Shown: positions 10,501 to 16,961 of the stretch, piece after piece
How the letters are laid out: every line of letters begins with the position of its first letter
How positions within the stretch are numbered: the first letter of the stretch is position 1
Assembly: GCA_047601445.1 (NCBI GenBank)
Contig: JASGJH010000001.1
Location: forward strand, 6,272,001-6,336,000
Direction of reading: 5' to 3'
Source: Myxococcales bacterium
GTDB lineage: Bacteria > Myxococcota_A > Polyangia > Polyangiales > DASUME01
DNA: 64,000 nt
Program-made: the position numbers and the translations under genes
Notes under the pieces: model-generated
Databases searched by the model: none
Told to the model about the DNA's origin: nothing
What the model saw: only the letters and a program-made list of their open reading frames with translations

Positions 10501-11301
10501 CATGTGAATCATGCGAAGCGCATTCTGAAGGAGATCTTCACCCTCGGATTTGCCGACACGGACACCGACAAGAGCATTGCGCCCAAGAACAAGGGCGCCG
10601 ATCCTGGCCGGATTGAGGGGTCCAGTGGTCCGACGCCGACGAAGCTCTTTTCATTGGGTAGCGTGCCGTGGCCGCTCGGAACGCTCAACGCTCCGAAGGA
10701 AACCCCTTGGCACGGCTGGGCCAAGGAGTTCCTTAGAAAGATCGATGAGACTGAATCGCGGATTCGGAATCGCGGATTCGTCGAGACCTTGGACGTACCA
10801 AAGCTCGCTCTACTCGTGATCGGTGAGTTCTTTGTAGGGCTTGCTGCCGACGCGACACCAGAACAGGTGCTCATCGCGATTGCATCACAAGGGAGGGCCG
10901 TTGGAGCCGGCGGTGTCGGGGGACCGCTTGCGGCGATGGCTCCGCGGTTCCGTTACCCTGCCGCAAGGGGACCCCAGGCGCCGTCGCCCATTCGCAATAT
11001 TCCAGCGAACGCCCAAATCCGCGTGCTGAAGCCTGACCCGAACGGCGGCGCACAGTATGGTGTCGAGTACAAGTGGATAGATCAGCAAGGACAAACCGTT
11101 CGCTTCCGTGTTCATGGACCCGACGGAACCGCTCCTTCCGGTTCCAACGCGGCGAGCGGCGTTACATTTCGCGTGCAGGTTGGGGGACGTTACATGGACG
11201 CAGAAGGGAACCTGTACCCGCGAGGTGTGCACAATCCGCAGAGCCCGAACTACGACCCTGCAGCCGCGAACGCGACCCACATTCCCTGGCCTGGAGAGTG
11301 A
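1519..11301 (+). CDS. Rhs/YD-repeat polymorphic toxin with lipoprotein signal, PQQ-like beta-propeller, Cys-rich regions, SpvB, FG-GAP and TcdB-middle regions, Rhs core and C-terminal Ntox30-type RNase (likely start GTG 1543)
   Basis: Lipobox VTLLSC. About 8 SPAxxxDGTIYxGSxDxKLYA repeats (1747-2787). SpvB motif GSATYSVPVNVPPGRGGLAPELALTY. DxNGDGxxD repeats and YDxxGR repeats. Core GRLYDSYIGRFVTPDP...YAYVFNDPLTLIDPSG. Tip with RVH and terminal THIP motifs. Confidence 0.95.
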   Translation: MVFGRKAPVRALRFLPVLASVTLLSCLAPGDEGEPYDDELDAGMEENSDAPVVHGVEQGLQTSLCGNVAGLQANAGSPMRGGCPTHSAQSSLYGPATLPAQPNWARDTLWDVRSAPAVAADGTIYFGSDDSYFYAINPTNGTEKWKVFLWNQIKSSPAIAANGTIYVGSNANKIHAISPTTHAEIAAFDTFDDVTASPVIGGDGTVYIGSKTGKFYALNASLGKKWEFTTGGAIRTSAAVGPDGTIYFSSDDNKLYALTSTGAAKFPAKTLGVTNTESSPAVANGKVYVASNANKLHAFDAVTGNLLWERTLGSGSSYVGSPAVDANGVIYIGGGDFKLHAFTPDGDELWAFPTLGAILAAPAIDRGGNIYFGSDDDSLYSVDAGGNLRWKYTTWNNVEGHPVIGANGAILVGSDDNKLHSVGAAGPAPKAVGQTCALDADCAQGLICGDGNGARYGLAATARACWEPSCQNGVKDQGETKVDCGGPCGTCNAICVSPCVLGEQVAPPAIASLNFEAGTFVRGSLATFTKEDGTIERATAHQLRYLSSPGKKRIALFEGERTNTVIRSEELNKIPGWFVPDFLVGAPIQLQVDVGTAPDGTTSADKLLAPNGGIPATIQLAANPNGAGTLSAFVKNAGSNAGKTRLILFDPIVSNLYANADAWDLPTQWKRFDKDSQAAAIPLYLAASHVQNYPAGFGDLIPSLPAADYFLWGVQWESGSFPSSYLPTNDQYRKRNPDRLTYPAAQVPAWMRSGVWQFDVMPEYSSAELQNGEQFVLFSFGGAANTVSLSKTGGTGHLILKAGGVVAFDGSFSWQRGQVITVTVDTAAGLAHLKGREFDAWTTPHAFSFGSGDLRVGGILAGATEAFAGLTEPRQVTAPAVVCQPDPSCTLCGDGQVSAGETCDPGTNPRCAGDCLAESGLTLCDTADGCVCPPGTSLPVQRNGGAFGASASRFVCVPTALCPAQCGSIDGVCGLCPACVPHCEGATCGSPGDGCGGSCPVCQGGQTPPDEEGCAPGYVLGDGNGWRFLGGAKDERSVCWPRICEFPDERRIPCGQPTDPCGVCDPEVLTQSFNGILDKKRTAPACAAGMVSNSVGACLPVVDAKLTTLASPDAVGALSGAFSVELNGSATYSVPVNVPPGRGGLAPELALTYRSSSGNSLVGFDWSISGLSAISVCQPTVVQDKTLSSPASVMVPFCLDGRRLIPKSYDATLNRTEWRVEFDPAVRVFSDGDQDARHGLPTGDIAPQSWTVETGDGRKSEYGLDDLSRLDRNSFGVLPVEGSYGHIGARAWAISRITDRAGNRINFQYADNGTNQAAKPAWIGYNPVTVNGNGDDATSEIVFTYDAPQQNGFEVLPRPDVFFGAQYREGIHRVDRLAKIEVRSFGRVLRSYVISIKTSGNGLTLVDHITECAGPGDGHCTSPTKFTYAPSDRTTFKLTDPSVPAPSDGKHQQVGLDWNSDGFDDLAVFDGNRWDVFLGSSSGLAMAATSSFSAKPLRATKNAAGFLTQPVFVLDFEQDGQQDVILESVDTQNKAALVRVSAFHSPQVLYVPWPSGMPAKNGQFVAFDANGDSLDDFLYCTGDSRKWLLFRNAGGSLSSPVEIANTKGFCDDAVVMPTQWGNETVLWTERRDGDIMQLDSGMFTAAFYAHPTPPADGLDPDPAIDLVGLSDVNGDGLGDVIRASEVQEGSDDWGKTLFKIYAGTGGTPYYYGVGRRLTGNLGEKVYAAATSVRTMDFDRDGKQDLLLATTDFDRTKTTWDFYKESRVPSGPTWPVTYGEDLKGFQTVVINSPYAAPEFIDVNGDGAADLLADGRLYWGQQPNANLLTGITISSHASDVPDGLEINYTTGIGSGVYQPGGSGNGCDDRLTTTAMCMRRLPHPVVANWTRRSFKQAAADPQIVRSSGEVYTYEDSRYDRLGRGWLGFGKRTVYRFGFDGVQSSTVEEHYDLSRVSQGDQDTGVVPYFAQLPLTQGQRWGALERLDYYYYPYVFRPSLVRETTSALGDETTRGGLITRVQETSYEYELIPTDYDAVPYTALRRSEAKLFEGDALVDQEVSTYTHDSYGNVKTWVRSFPLEPNDAMETRFNSFAHESDPSRIDRWQVALPAEEAFVATQGPEDVPLVAIKNLEYDSQGLVSVVFLNKDDALRAAGSKTTFGRDPWNNIGSATVEPLEGPAELKVTSVQFDSLGILPTAVTNPAGHVDHYDFSFADGRLVKHTDSNSLVSEWQYDGFGRLVARSSAGISETFRYSAAAYSESEVLSVNAVTSILISTVAGGLSLEETTFVSQDGDVVGQKSPGFQGTVVLQEFTYDGLGRRTQASRPHLSGDRTQGSQSYDYDAWGRLVKTRAADSTETKYFYASSATTSYDPSTIQMSPRARWITTTETPKHERLIRQLDADGQVLVMHDAGGQAVSTFEYGIGGFVTGIVDPDGNRTVRVPDLQGRLRELHDPDTGDHSFDYKWSGELKSHIQNGEENAFDYDSIGRLLVRTNRDGEARWTWDHDELRGVTRVGALLRTTSPSGSAEELSYDHPYGALTSIKRTFKNPRGDVELAVGLEYDAFLRPEFIQYPGALRIKNEYDGAFLSQVRNANVSAEVFWKLEAAYQGYLPSRVALGTSNMRQFTTYEPSTGRVSGLQTTAPGQQDLVSQTMGYDPNGRTEWLHDIPHVAENKFVYDDLGRLKSVRRRFGSASDPDLAHFDYSPSGRILSKSDVGTYVYDPSNGHPHAVDSVVGPDGTTSYFYDSFGRLERRTGPAIPSGEQKLAYDGTGLIKTIESNVEGLREYSYGASGDKMMVISKPSAESPASSVALFLGKWFEQRQAAEQGPWTEISRIFAAGTAIAEVITVNGAERKVRYLHRDHLNSVVAVSDGDGGNREVRSFGFFGENESVEEAVETLGYTGHQHEPDTSLIDMVGRLYDSYIGRFVTPDPGIPNPESTQSYDRYAYVFNDPLTLIDPSGFVPDMPPSQPPSNCDTDCQVPPQGGVGIGGRSREARESHVNHAKRILKEIFTLGFADTDTDKSIAPKNKGADPGRIEGSSGPTPTKLFSLGSVPWPLGTLNAPKETPWHGWAKEFLRKIDETESRIRNRGFVETLDVPKLALLVIGEFFVGLAADATPEQVLIAIASQGRAVGAGGVGGPLAAMAPRFRYPAARGPQAPSPIRNIPANAQIRVLKPDPNGGAQYGVEYKWIDQQGQTVRFRVHGPDGTAPSGSNAASGVTFRVQVGGRYMDAEGNLYPRGVHNPQSPNYDPAAANATHIPWPGE
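10686..10956 (+). repeat. 271-bp direct repeat, copy 1 (inside the Rhs C-terminal region; copy 2 at 15331-15601)
   Basis: CAACGCTCCGAAGGAAACCCC...GCTCCGCGGTTCCGTTAC is colinear and near-identical with 15331-15601, with mostly synonymous differences. Confidence 0.95.
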
Positions 11302-11303
11302 TA

Positions 11304-11639
11304 ATGTCCATGAGCAATTCAGATGTTCTTGATGTACTCCGTCAATTGATCTCTCCGGATCACCAAGAGCGCGAACTCGCTGCCGAGGAGCTCACTGATG
11401 TGGTGCGCTCCCTGGAGTCCTTTCAGGTGGCACTCCTCGCAAGTGCGTTGGTTGTTGCGCGCCTCTGCGAGTCCAACGTCACTACTCAAGAGGCTCAGCT
11501 CAATGCGCTTAGCGAGCTTAAGGAATGGCATGACGTGAGCGCCGCTTTGCTAATGCCGCTCAAGCAACTGAGCGCCAACGAACTTCCTGGCTCGCAGGCG
11601 CAACATTTCGCCGACCTGCTCGGATTAGAGCGGGGTTGA
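11304..11639 (+). CDS. Putative cognate immunity protein of the Ntox30-type tip (111 aa, helical)
   Basis: ATG 2 bp after the toxin stop, with a GGAGAG RBS. Small acidic ORF in the canonical immunity position. Confidence 0.8.
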   Translation: MSMSNSDVLDVLRQLISPDHQERELAAEELTDVVRSLESFQVALLASALVVARLCESNVTTQEAQLNALSELKEWHDVSAALLMPLKQLSANELPGSQAQHFADLLGLERG

Positions 11640-11786
11640 CCGGACATCAGTTTCGGTCCATTCGCCAAAAAATGGGATTTGTTTACGGACGCACTGCGTG
11701 AATGGGGGTTTACGGGGCCACCCGAGCGACGTCCGCCCTGGCTCTCGCGCTAGCCAGCAGTGAGAATGGTGCTTGTCTACTGCTCA

Positions 11787-12383
11787 GTAACCGTCCTGTA
11801 GACCGCGTGGTCGCGGCCCCGATCGCCACCGCGTAGACATTCTCGCAGGAGGCGAGATGCCGCGAGGACAAGTAGAGGCAAGCGCCGAGGTCTGGCGGGA
11901 CCGTGTGCAGCGTTGGAAGCAAAGCGGTTTGACTGCAAAGGCATTTGCAGAGCTCGAAGGGCTTCCGCGGGCAGGCGCGCTGTCGTGGTGGCGTCACCAG
12001 CTCGCTGCACGGGATAAGAAGTCGCTGCCGGTCGTCGACGGGCCGGTGCGCCTGGTCCGGCTGGAGGCCGTGCCGACGACGCCGAGCGGCAAACGTCGGG
12101 GGCGTGAGGAAGCGGTCGTGGCGCCAATCGAGATTGCGTGCGGGGCGTACCGCGTGGTCGTTCGCGCCGGCTTCGACCCCATGATGCTCGAAGGCGTGCT
12201 GCGAGCGTTGGAGCGTGCACGATGATCGGACGCAACGTTGCGATTTACGTGGCCGTGACGCCGCTCGATATGCGTCGCAGCTTCGACGGGCTCGCGGCAG
12301 CAGCACGCGAGACGCTGCGTCAGGACCCAGAGAGCGGCGCATTGTTCCTGTTTGCAAACAAACGCGGACATCGCGTCAAGATC
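11787..12383 (+). mobile_element. IS66 left-end fragment 1 (IRL + tnpA + 5' tnpB), 597 bp
   Basis: Starts GTAACCGTCCTGTAGACC and matches 12825-13421. Stops after ...CGTCAAGATC, directly before the next IRL. Confidence 0.95.
11857..12225 (+). CDS. tnpA: IS66 accessory protein TnpA (copy 1)
   Basis: WRDRVQRWKQSGLTAKAFAE HTH-like motif, typical of IS66 Orf1. Confidence 0.85.
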   Translation: MPRGQVEASAEVWRDRVQRWKQSGLTAKAFAELEGLPRAGALSWWRHQLAARDKKSLPVVDGPVRLVRLEAVPTTPSGKRRGREEAVVAPIEIACGAYRVVVRAGFDPMMLEGVLRALERAR

Positions 12384-12398
12384 GTAACCGTCCTGTAG
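12222..12398 (+). pseudogene. tnpB: Truncated IS66 TnpB (Orf2)
   Basis: DMRRSFDGL...LFLFANKR..RVKI, then interrupted by the next IRL. Confidence 0.85.
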
Positions 12399-12824
12399 AC
12401 CGCGTGGTCGCGGCCCCGATCGCCACCGCGTAGACATTCTCGCAGGAGGCGAGATGCCGCGAGGACAAGTAGAGGCAAGCGCCGAGGTCTGGCGGGACCG
12501 TGTGCAGCGTTGGAAGCAAAGCGGTTTGACTGCAAAGGCATTTGCAGAGCTCGAAGGGCTTCCGCGGGCAGGCGCGCTGTCGTGGTGGCGTCACCAGCTC
12601 GCTGCACGGGATAAGAAGTCGCTGCCGGTCGTCGACGGGCCGGTGCGCCTGGTCCGGCTGGAGGCCGTGCCGACGACGCCGAGCGGCAAACGTCGGGGGC
12701 GTGAGGAAGCGGTCGTGGCGCCAATCGAGATTGCGTGCGGGGCGTACCGCGTGGTCGTTCGCGCCGGCTTCGACCCCATGATGCTCGAAGGCGTGCTGCG
12801 AGCGTTGGAGCGTGCACGATGATC
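12384..12824 (+). mobile_element. IS66 left-end fragment 2 (IRL + tnpA), 441 bp
   Basis: Same IRL; ends ...CACGATGATC directly before the third IRL. Confidence 0.95.
12454..12822 (+). CDS. tnpA: IS66 TnpA (copy 2)
   Basis: Identical 122-aa ORF. Confidence 0.85.
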   Translation: MPRGQVEASAEVWRDRVQRWKQSGLTAKAFAELEGLPRAGALSWWRHQLAARDKKSLPVVDGPVRLVRLEAVPTTPSGKRRGREEAVVAPIEIACGAYRVVVRAGFDPMMLEGVLRALERAR

Positions 12825-12894
12825 GTAACCGTCCTGTAGACCGCGTGGTCGCGGCCCCGATCGCCACCGCGTAGACATTCTCGCAGGAGGCGAG

Positions 12895-13263
12895 ATGCCG
12901 CGAGGACAAGTAGAGGCAAGCGCCGAGGTCTGGCGGGACCGTGTGCAGCGTTGGAAGCAAAGCGGTTTGACTGCAAAGGCATTTGCAGAGCTCGAAGGGC
13001 TTCCGCGGGCAGGCGCGCTGTCGTGGTGGCGTCACCAGCTCGCTGCACGGGATAAGAAGTCGCTGCCGGTCGTCGACGGGCCGGTGCGCCTGGTCCGGCT
13101 GGAGGCCGTGCCGACGACGCCGAGCGGCAAACGTCGGGGGCGTGAGGAAGCGGTCGTGGCGCCAATCGAGATTGCGTGCGGGGCGTACCGCGTGGTCGTT
13201 CGCGCCGGCTTCGACCCCATGATGCTCGAAGGCGTGCTGCGAGCGTTGGAGCGTGCACGATGA
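12895..13263 (+). CDS. tnpA: IS66 TnpA (copy 3)
   Basis: Identical 122-aa ORF; ATGA overlap with tnpB. Confidence 0.88.
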   Translation: MPRGQVEASAEVWRDRVQRWKQSGLTAKAFAELEGLPRAGALSWWRHQLAARDKKSLPVVDGPVRLVRLEAVPTTPSGKRRGREEAVVAPIEIACGAYRVVVRAGFDPMMLEGVLRALERAR

Positions 13264-13637
13264 TCGGACGCAACGTTGCGATTTACGTGGCCGTGACGCC
13301 GCTCGATATGCGTCGCAGCTTCGACGGGCTCGCGGCAGCAGCACGCGAGACGCTGCGTCAGGACCCAGAGAGCGGCGCATTGTTCCTGTTTGCAAACAAA
13401 CGCGGACATCGCGTCAAGATCCTATGGTGGGACCGGACGGGCTACTGTCTTTTGCAAAAACGGCTCGAATGGGGAGCATTTCGTTTGCCTCGTACACTCG
13501 ATGCAAATGCGACCACCGTGGCGATCGACGTGGCGGAGCTGTCGAAGATCCTCGAAGGCGTGAAGCTGCCGCCGAAGAAGCACCGCATGCGCAAGCAGGC
13601 GGAAGAGAAGCCATCCATCTTCAAGTTGCCACGCTGA
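13260..13637 (+). CDS. tnpB: IS66 accessory protein TnpB (Orf2)
   Basis: PLDMRRSFDGL, KILWWDRTGYCLLQKRLEWGAF motifs. Confidence 0.92.
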   Translation: MIGRNVAIYVAVTPLDMRRSFDGLAAAARETLRQDPESGALFLFANKRGHRVKILWWDRTGYCLLQKRLEWGAFRLPRTLDANATTVAIDVAELSKILEGVKLPPKKHRMRKQAEEKPSIFKLPR

Positions 13638-13662
13638 GATCGGAGGTGTAAGTCACGCTAGC

Positions 13663-15294
13663 GTGACCTTTGAAGAGCTCGTCGCGAACTTCCAGAAGCT
13701 CTCGAGCAGACTCGAGCAAGTAAAGCACGTCGCGACACGTGCTAGCGAAGAGCGAGACGAGTTCAAGCGTGAGCGAGACGAGTATCGGAAGCTCTACGAG
13801 CTCGTGTCATTGGAGCTTGAGCGTACGCGTCGCCACCTGTTCGGCCGCAAAGCAGAGGCCGCCGATGCCGCGCAGACGCAGCTCGCGTTCTTGCTCGCTA
13901 CGGATCCCTCGGCAACCGCCGATGCGGCTCTCGCTAACGAAGGGGCGTCGAGCGGTTCTTCGCGGGGCGAGCGACCGAAGGCCGCGCCGCATGGTCGGAA
14001 CAAGATCCCAGACCATCTGCCGACCGAGCGGATCGAGCTCGTCCCGCCGGAGGTCCAGCGTGAACCTGAGGCGTTCGAACGCATTGGCGAAGAGACCCGC
14101 GAATTGATCGAGTGGCGGAGCGCTTCTCACGTGCGCGTGATAGTCGTGCGCCCGAAGTTTGTGCGTCGTGGGGCATCGACCAACAGCGTGCTCATCGCCG
14201 AGCCGTTGTCGCTGCCCATCGAGCGCGGTCTCGCTGGGCCCGGACTTCTGGCCTGGGTGTTGGTCAGCAAATACTGCGACCATCTTCCGCTGCATCGCCT
14301 CGAAGGCATGCTGGAGCGCTATGGCGTGCCGGTCGCGCGCTCGACGCTGTGCGGCTGGGTCGAAGCGATGCACCTCCTGGCGGCGCCCGTGGTGAGTGCG
14401 ATGTGGGACGATGCGCTGACGAGCGACTACATCGCAGTCGACGCCACCGGCGTGCTGGTCCAGGCAAAGGAGCGATGCCGACGCGGCCACTTCTGGGTGC
14501 TTGCTTCGGACAACGGGCACGTGCTCTTTCGCTATACCAAGCGGCACACCAAGGGCCACGTCCGCGAACTGCTCGGCGGCTATCGCGGCTACCTGCAGGC
14601 CGACGCGGCCACGGTCTACGATTTTCTGTACCTCGACGAGTCGTGCGTCGAGGTCGGCTGCTGGGCCCATTGCCGCCGCCGGTTCTTCGATGCGCTCTCG
14701 ACCGACCGCGAGAGAGCCAACACCGCGCTCGGTTTCATCGCAAAGCTCTATCAGATCGACCGCGACACCTTGGAACTCGGCGCCGAACGTCGTACCCACG
14801 AACGGGCCGCACGCGCGGGCCCCGTGCTCGAAGCTTTCTTTGCCTGGCTCGATGAACGTGAACTCGAGGTTCTTCCCGAAAGTCCGATCGGAAAGGCCGT
14901 CGGCTACGCCCACAATCAGCGGGTCGCACTCCAGCGTTTCCTGGACGACGGTCGGCTTCGGCTCGACAACAACCGCAGCGAGCGTGAGCTTCGCCGTGAG
15001 GCGGTCGGTCGCAAAAAATGGCTCTTCGTCGGCAGCGACGACGGCGCCAAATGGAACGCCACCTTCGTGTCCCTGATCGCCAGCTGCCAGCAGCACAAGC
15101 TCGAGCCCTGGGCTTACCTCCGCGACCTCTTCTGCCTGATTCCAGACTGGCCGCAGACCCGCCTGCTCGACCTCGCACCCAAGCACTGGCGCCAGACAAG
15201 CGAGCAGCCCGAAGTTCAGCGACGACTCGCCGCCAACAAACTCCGCGCCATTTCGCTCGCTGCTACGCACTCAGCCCAGGCTACGCCGGGATAG
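13663..15294 (+). CDS. tnpC: IS66 DDE transposase TnpC
   Basis: KYCDHLPLHR, VDATG, LQADA, CWAHCRR, LDNNRSERELR, GRKKWLF motifs. Confidence 0.97.
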   Translation: MTFEELVANFQKLSSRLEQVKHVATRASEERDEFKRERDEYRKLYELVSLELERTRRHLFGRKAEAADAAQTQLAFLLATDPSATADAALANEGASSGSSRGERPKAAPHGRNKIPDHLPTERIELVPPEVQREPEAFERIGEETRELIEWRSASHVRVIVVRPKFVRRGASTNSVLIAEPLSLPIERGLAGPGLLAWVLVSKYCDHLPLHRLEGMLERYGVPVARSTLCGWVEAMHLLAAPVVSAMWDDALTSDYIAVDATGVLVQAKERCRRGHFWVLASDNGHVLFRYTKRHTKGHVRELLGGYRGYLQADAATVYDFLYLDESCVEVGCWAHCRRRFFDALSTDRERANTALGFIAKLYQIDRDTLELGAERRTHERAARAGPVLEAFFAWLDERELEVLPESPIGKAVGYAHNQRVALQRFLDDGRLRLDNNRSERELRREAVGRKKWLFVGSDDGAKWNATFVSLIASCQQHKLEPWAYLRDLFCLIPDWPQTRLLDLAPKHWRQTSEQPEVQRRLAANKLRAISLAATHSAQATPG

Positions 15295-15330
15295 CGTCGG
15301 CGCCCACGACGCGGTTCACCGGACGCTTAC

Positions 15331-15937
15331 CAACGCTCCGAAGGAAACCCCTTGGCACGGCTGGGCCAAGGAGTTCCTTAGAAAGATCGATGAGACTGAA
15401 TCGCGGATTCGGAATCGCGGATTCGTCGAGACCTTGGACGTACCAAAGCTTGCCCTACTCGTGATCGGTGAGTTCTTTGTAGGGCTAGCTGCCGACGCGA
15501 CACCAGAACAGGTGGTCATCACAATTGCGTCACAAGGGCGAGCCGTTGGGGCCGGAGGTGTCGGGGGACCGCTTGCGGCGATGGCTCCGCGGTTCCGCTA
15601 CTCTGTCCCAAGGGCGGCGGCGTTCCCGCGAGCCACGCTACAAGGAGTTTCGCTGAGATGGCTGCAACGAAACAAGCCTAGCGGCTGGAGAACGGTAACG
15701 ACCGCAAACAACGAGGGTTGGATTTGGAAGGACTCAAACGGCATCGAGCGATTGAGGTTCATGCGTCCCAACGGGTCCAATCCGGCGGGCAGCCAATGGA
15801 GCAGACAGGCCAACGGGTACTTTCGTTGGCAGAACGAGGCAGGCGAGTACTTGGATGTGAGTGGCAATGTAGTTCAGCGGTCCGACCCTCGGTTCGAAGA
15901 ACTCTCACATATCATGTACGAAGGGCCTCTGCCGTGA
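15331..15937 (+). pseudogene. Orphan Rhs C-terminal toxin module (5' truncated by IS66) with an alternative toxin tip
   Basis: The first 271 bp repeat 10686-10956. After MAPRFRY the sequence diverges into a distinct ~110-aa tip ending GEYLDVSGN...EELSHIMYEGPLP. Confidence 0.88.
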
Positions 15938-15952
15938 TAAGGGAGCCATTGA

Positions 15953-16432
15953 ATGCGCACGATCGACTCGCCCGACGAAGTGCTCGGCAGGATGCTCGAA
16001 TGTCTTGTAATTGCATTTTCATATTCAGTCGAAGCGAAGAGATTCGTGCTTGTGTCTGACTATCCCGATAAGTCACCCGGGAGTGTGCGAGAGCTGATTG
16101 CACTTGTTTTCCACGACGTGGACCGATTCTTCCGTGAGCCGGGTGATTTGCCAGCGCTAGCCAGATTCCATTTCAGCTATTTTGCCAGAGACGAAGTCGG
16201 TGGGCGCGTAGTGCAATCCGTACAGAGCACAGACGTGGCGCCAGGTCTTCGGCGCGCAAGATTTTGGTTCGGGCCGAACTTCGGTGGCGTAACACTCGAC
16301 TATCGATCCCTTGCAGGACTCGCGCGCGGTTCACGCGTCGTGCAGAAGGGGCGCGAGTTCGTCTACAGCGACGTGCAGACTAGTCTTGAGTTCGACTTCT
16401 ACAACCCGTTTCCCGATCTGCTGAACCCGTAG
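15953..16432 (+). CDS. Putative immunity protein of the orphan toxin (159 aa)
   Basis: Directly downstream of the orphan tip, with an AAGGGAG RBS; no resemblance to the first immunity protein. Confidence 0.78.
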   Translation: MRTIDSPDEVLGRMLECLVIAFSYSVEAKRFVLVSDYPDKSPGSVRELIALVFHDVDRFFREPGDLPALARFHFSYFARDEVGGRVVQSVQSTDVAPGLRRARFWFGPNFGGVTLDYRSLAGLARGSRVVQKGREFVYSDVQTSLEFDFYNPFPDLLNP

Positions 16433-16799
16433 ATGCCGTGGTTCGATCCGCGAAAGCGGCGGTCGCTAGGCAAACGGCCATTGGGAAGCGGAGGAGGACG
16501 ACGACCCCGATGGGTGGTTTGCTTTGACGCCGTACATGCGTGGGTTGGTACGACACGTCGACACCTGAGTTGCTGGCAGGGACCGTTGATAGCTTGTCGG
16601 GCGGCTCACGCTACACGCTACGGCTCGCGATCGGAGCGCAGCACCGAAGTCGCCGCCTTGTTCTGCAGCTCTCATCGAGAGCGCGAAGTTGGCCCGCGTG
16701 GAACCAGAGGTCTTCCTCGCCGCCGTAGCCCGATCCGCGGTTCGCTAGCAGCCGATTCTGCTGCCTGACGAACTCGCGACCGCCTGAGCAGCGCAACGT

Positions 16800-16863
16800 T
16801 GCACATGTGCCGTCTTGCACACCCGCGGTACTGCACACCCGCGGTACTGCACATGTGCCGTAC
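16800..16863. repeat. Four 16-bp tandem units (A-B-B-A), each starting TGCACA
   Basis: TGCACATGTGCCGTCT / TGCACACCCGCGGTAC / TGCACACCCGCGGTAC / TGCACATGTGCCGTAC. Confidence 0.85.
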
Positions 16864-16961
16864 GGCAAATCGGCACTGGCCTCCGACCTCGCTTCAAGAC
16901 GCTGCCGGGCGAGGAGTTACTGTTCGATGCGCCAAGCGCCCTTGTGACCGCCCTCCAGCCA

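Larger units (their letters stand above)
12825..15330 (+). mobile_element. Complete IS66-family element (2506 bp)
   Basis: IRL GTAACCGTCCTGTAGACCGCGTGGT. IRR reverse complement GTAAGCGTCCGGTGAACCGCGTCGT ending TTAC at 15330. tnpA-tnpB-tnpC order. Confidence 0.97.

Noticed and set aside
11073..11303. 188-aa version of the immunity ORF overlapping the toxin tip
   Set aside because: The upstream part overlaps the toxin in another frame; RBS and ATG at 11304/11310 are more plausible
12222..13637. TnpB as an RNA-guided IS200/IS605 nuclease
   Set aside because: This is the 125-aa IS66 Orf2, with no RuvC or Zn-finger motifs; same name only
11779..15338. 8-bp target-site duplication of IS66
   Set aside because: Flanks ACTGCTCA and CAACGCTC do not match
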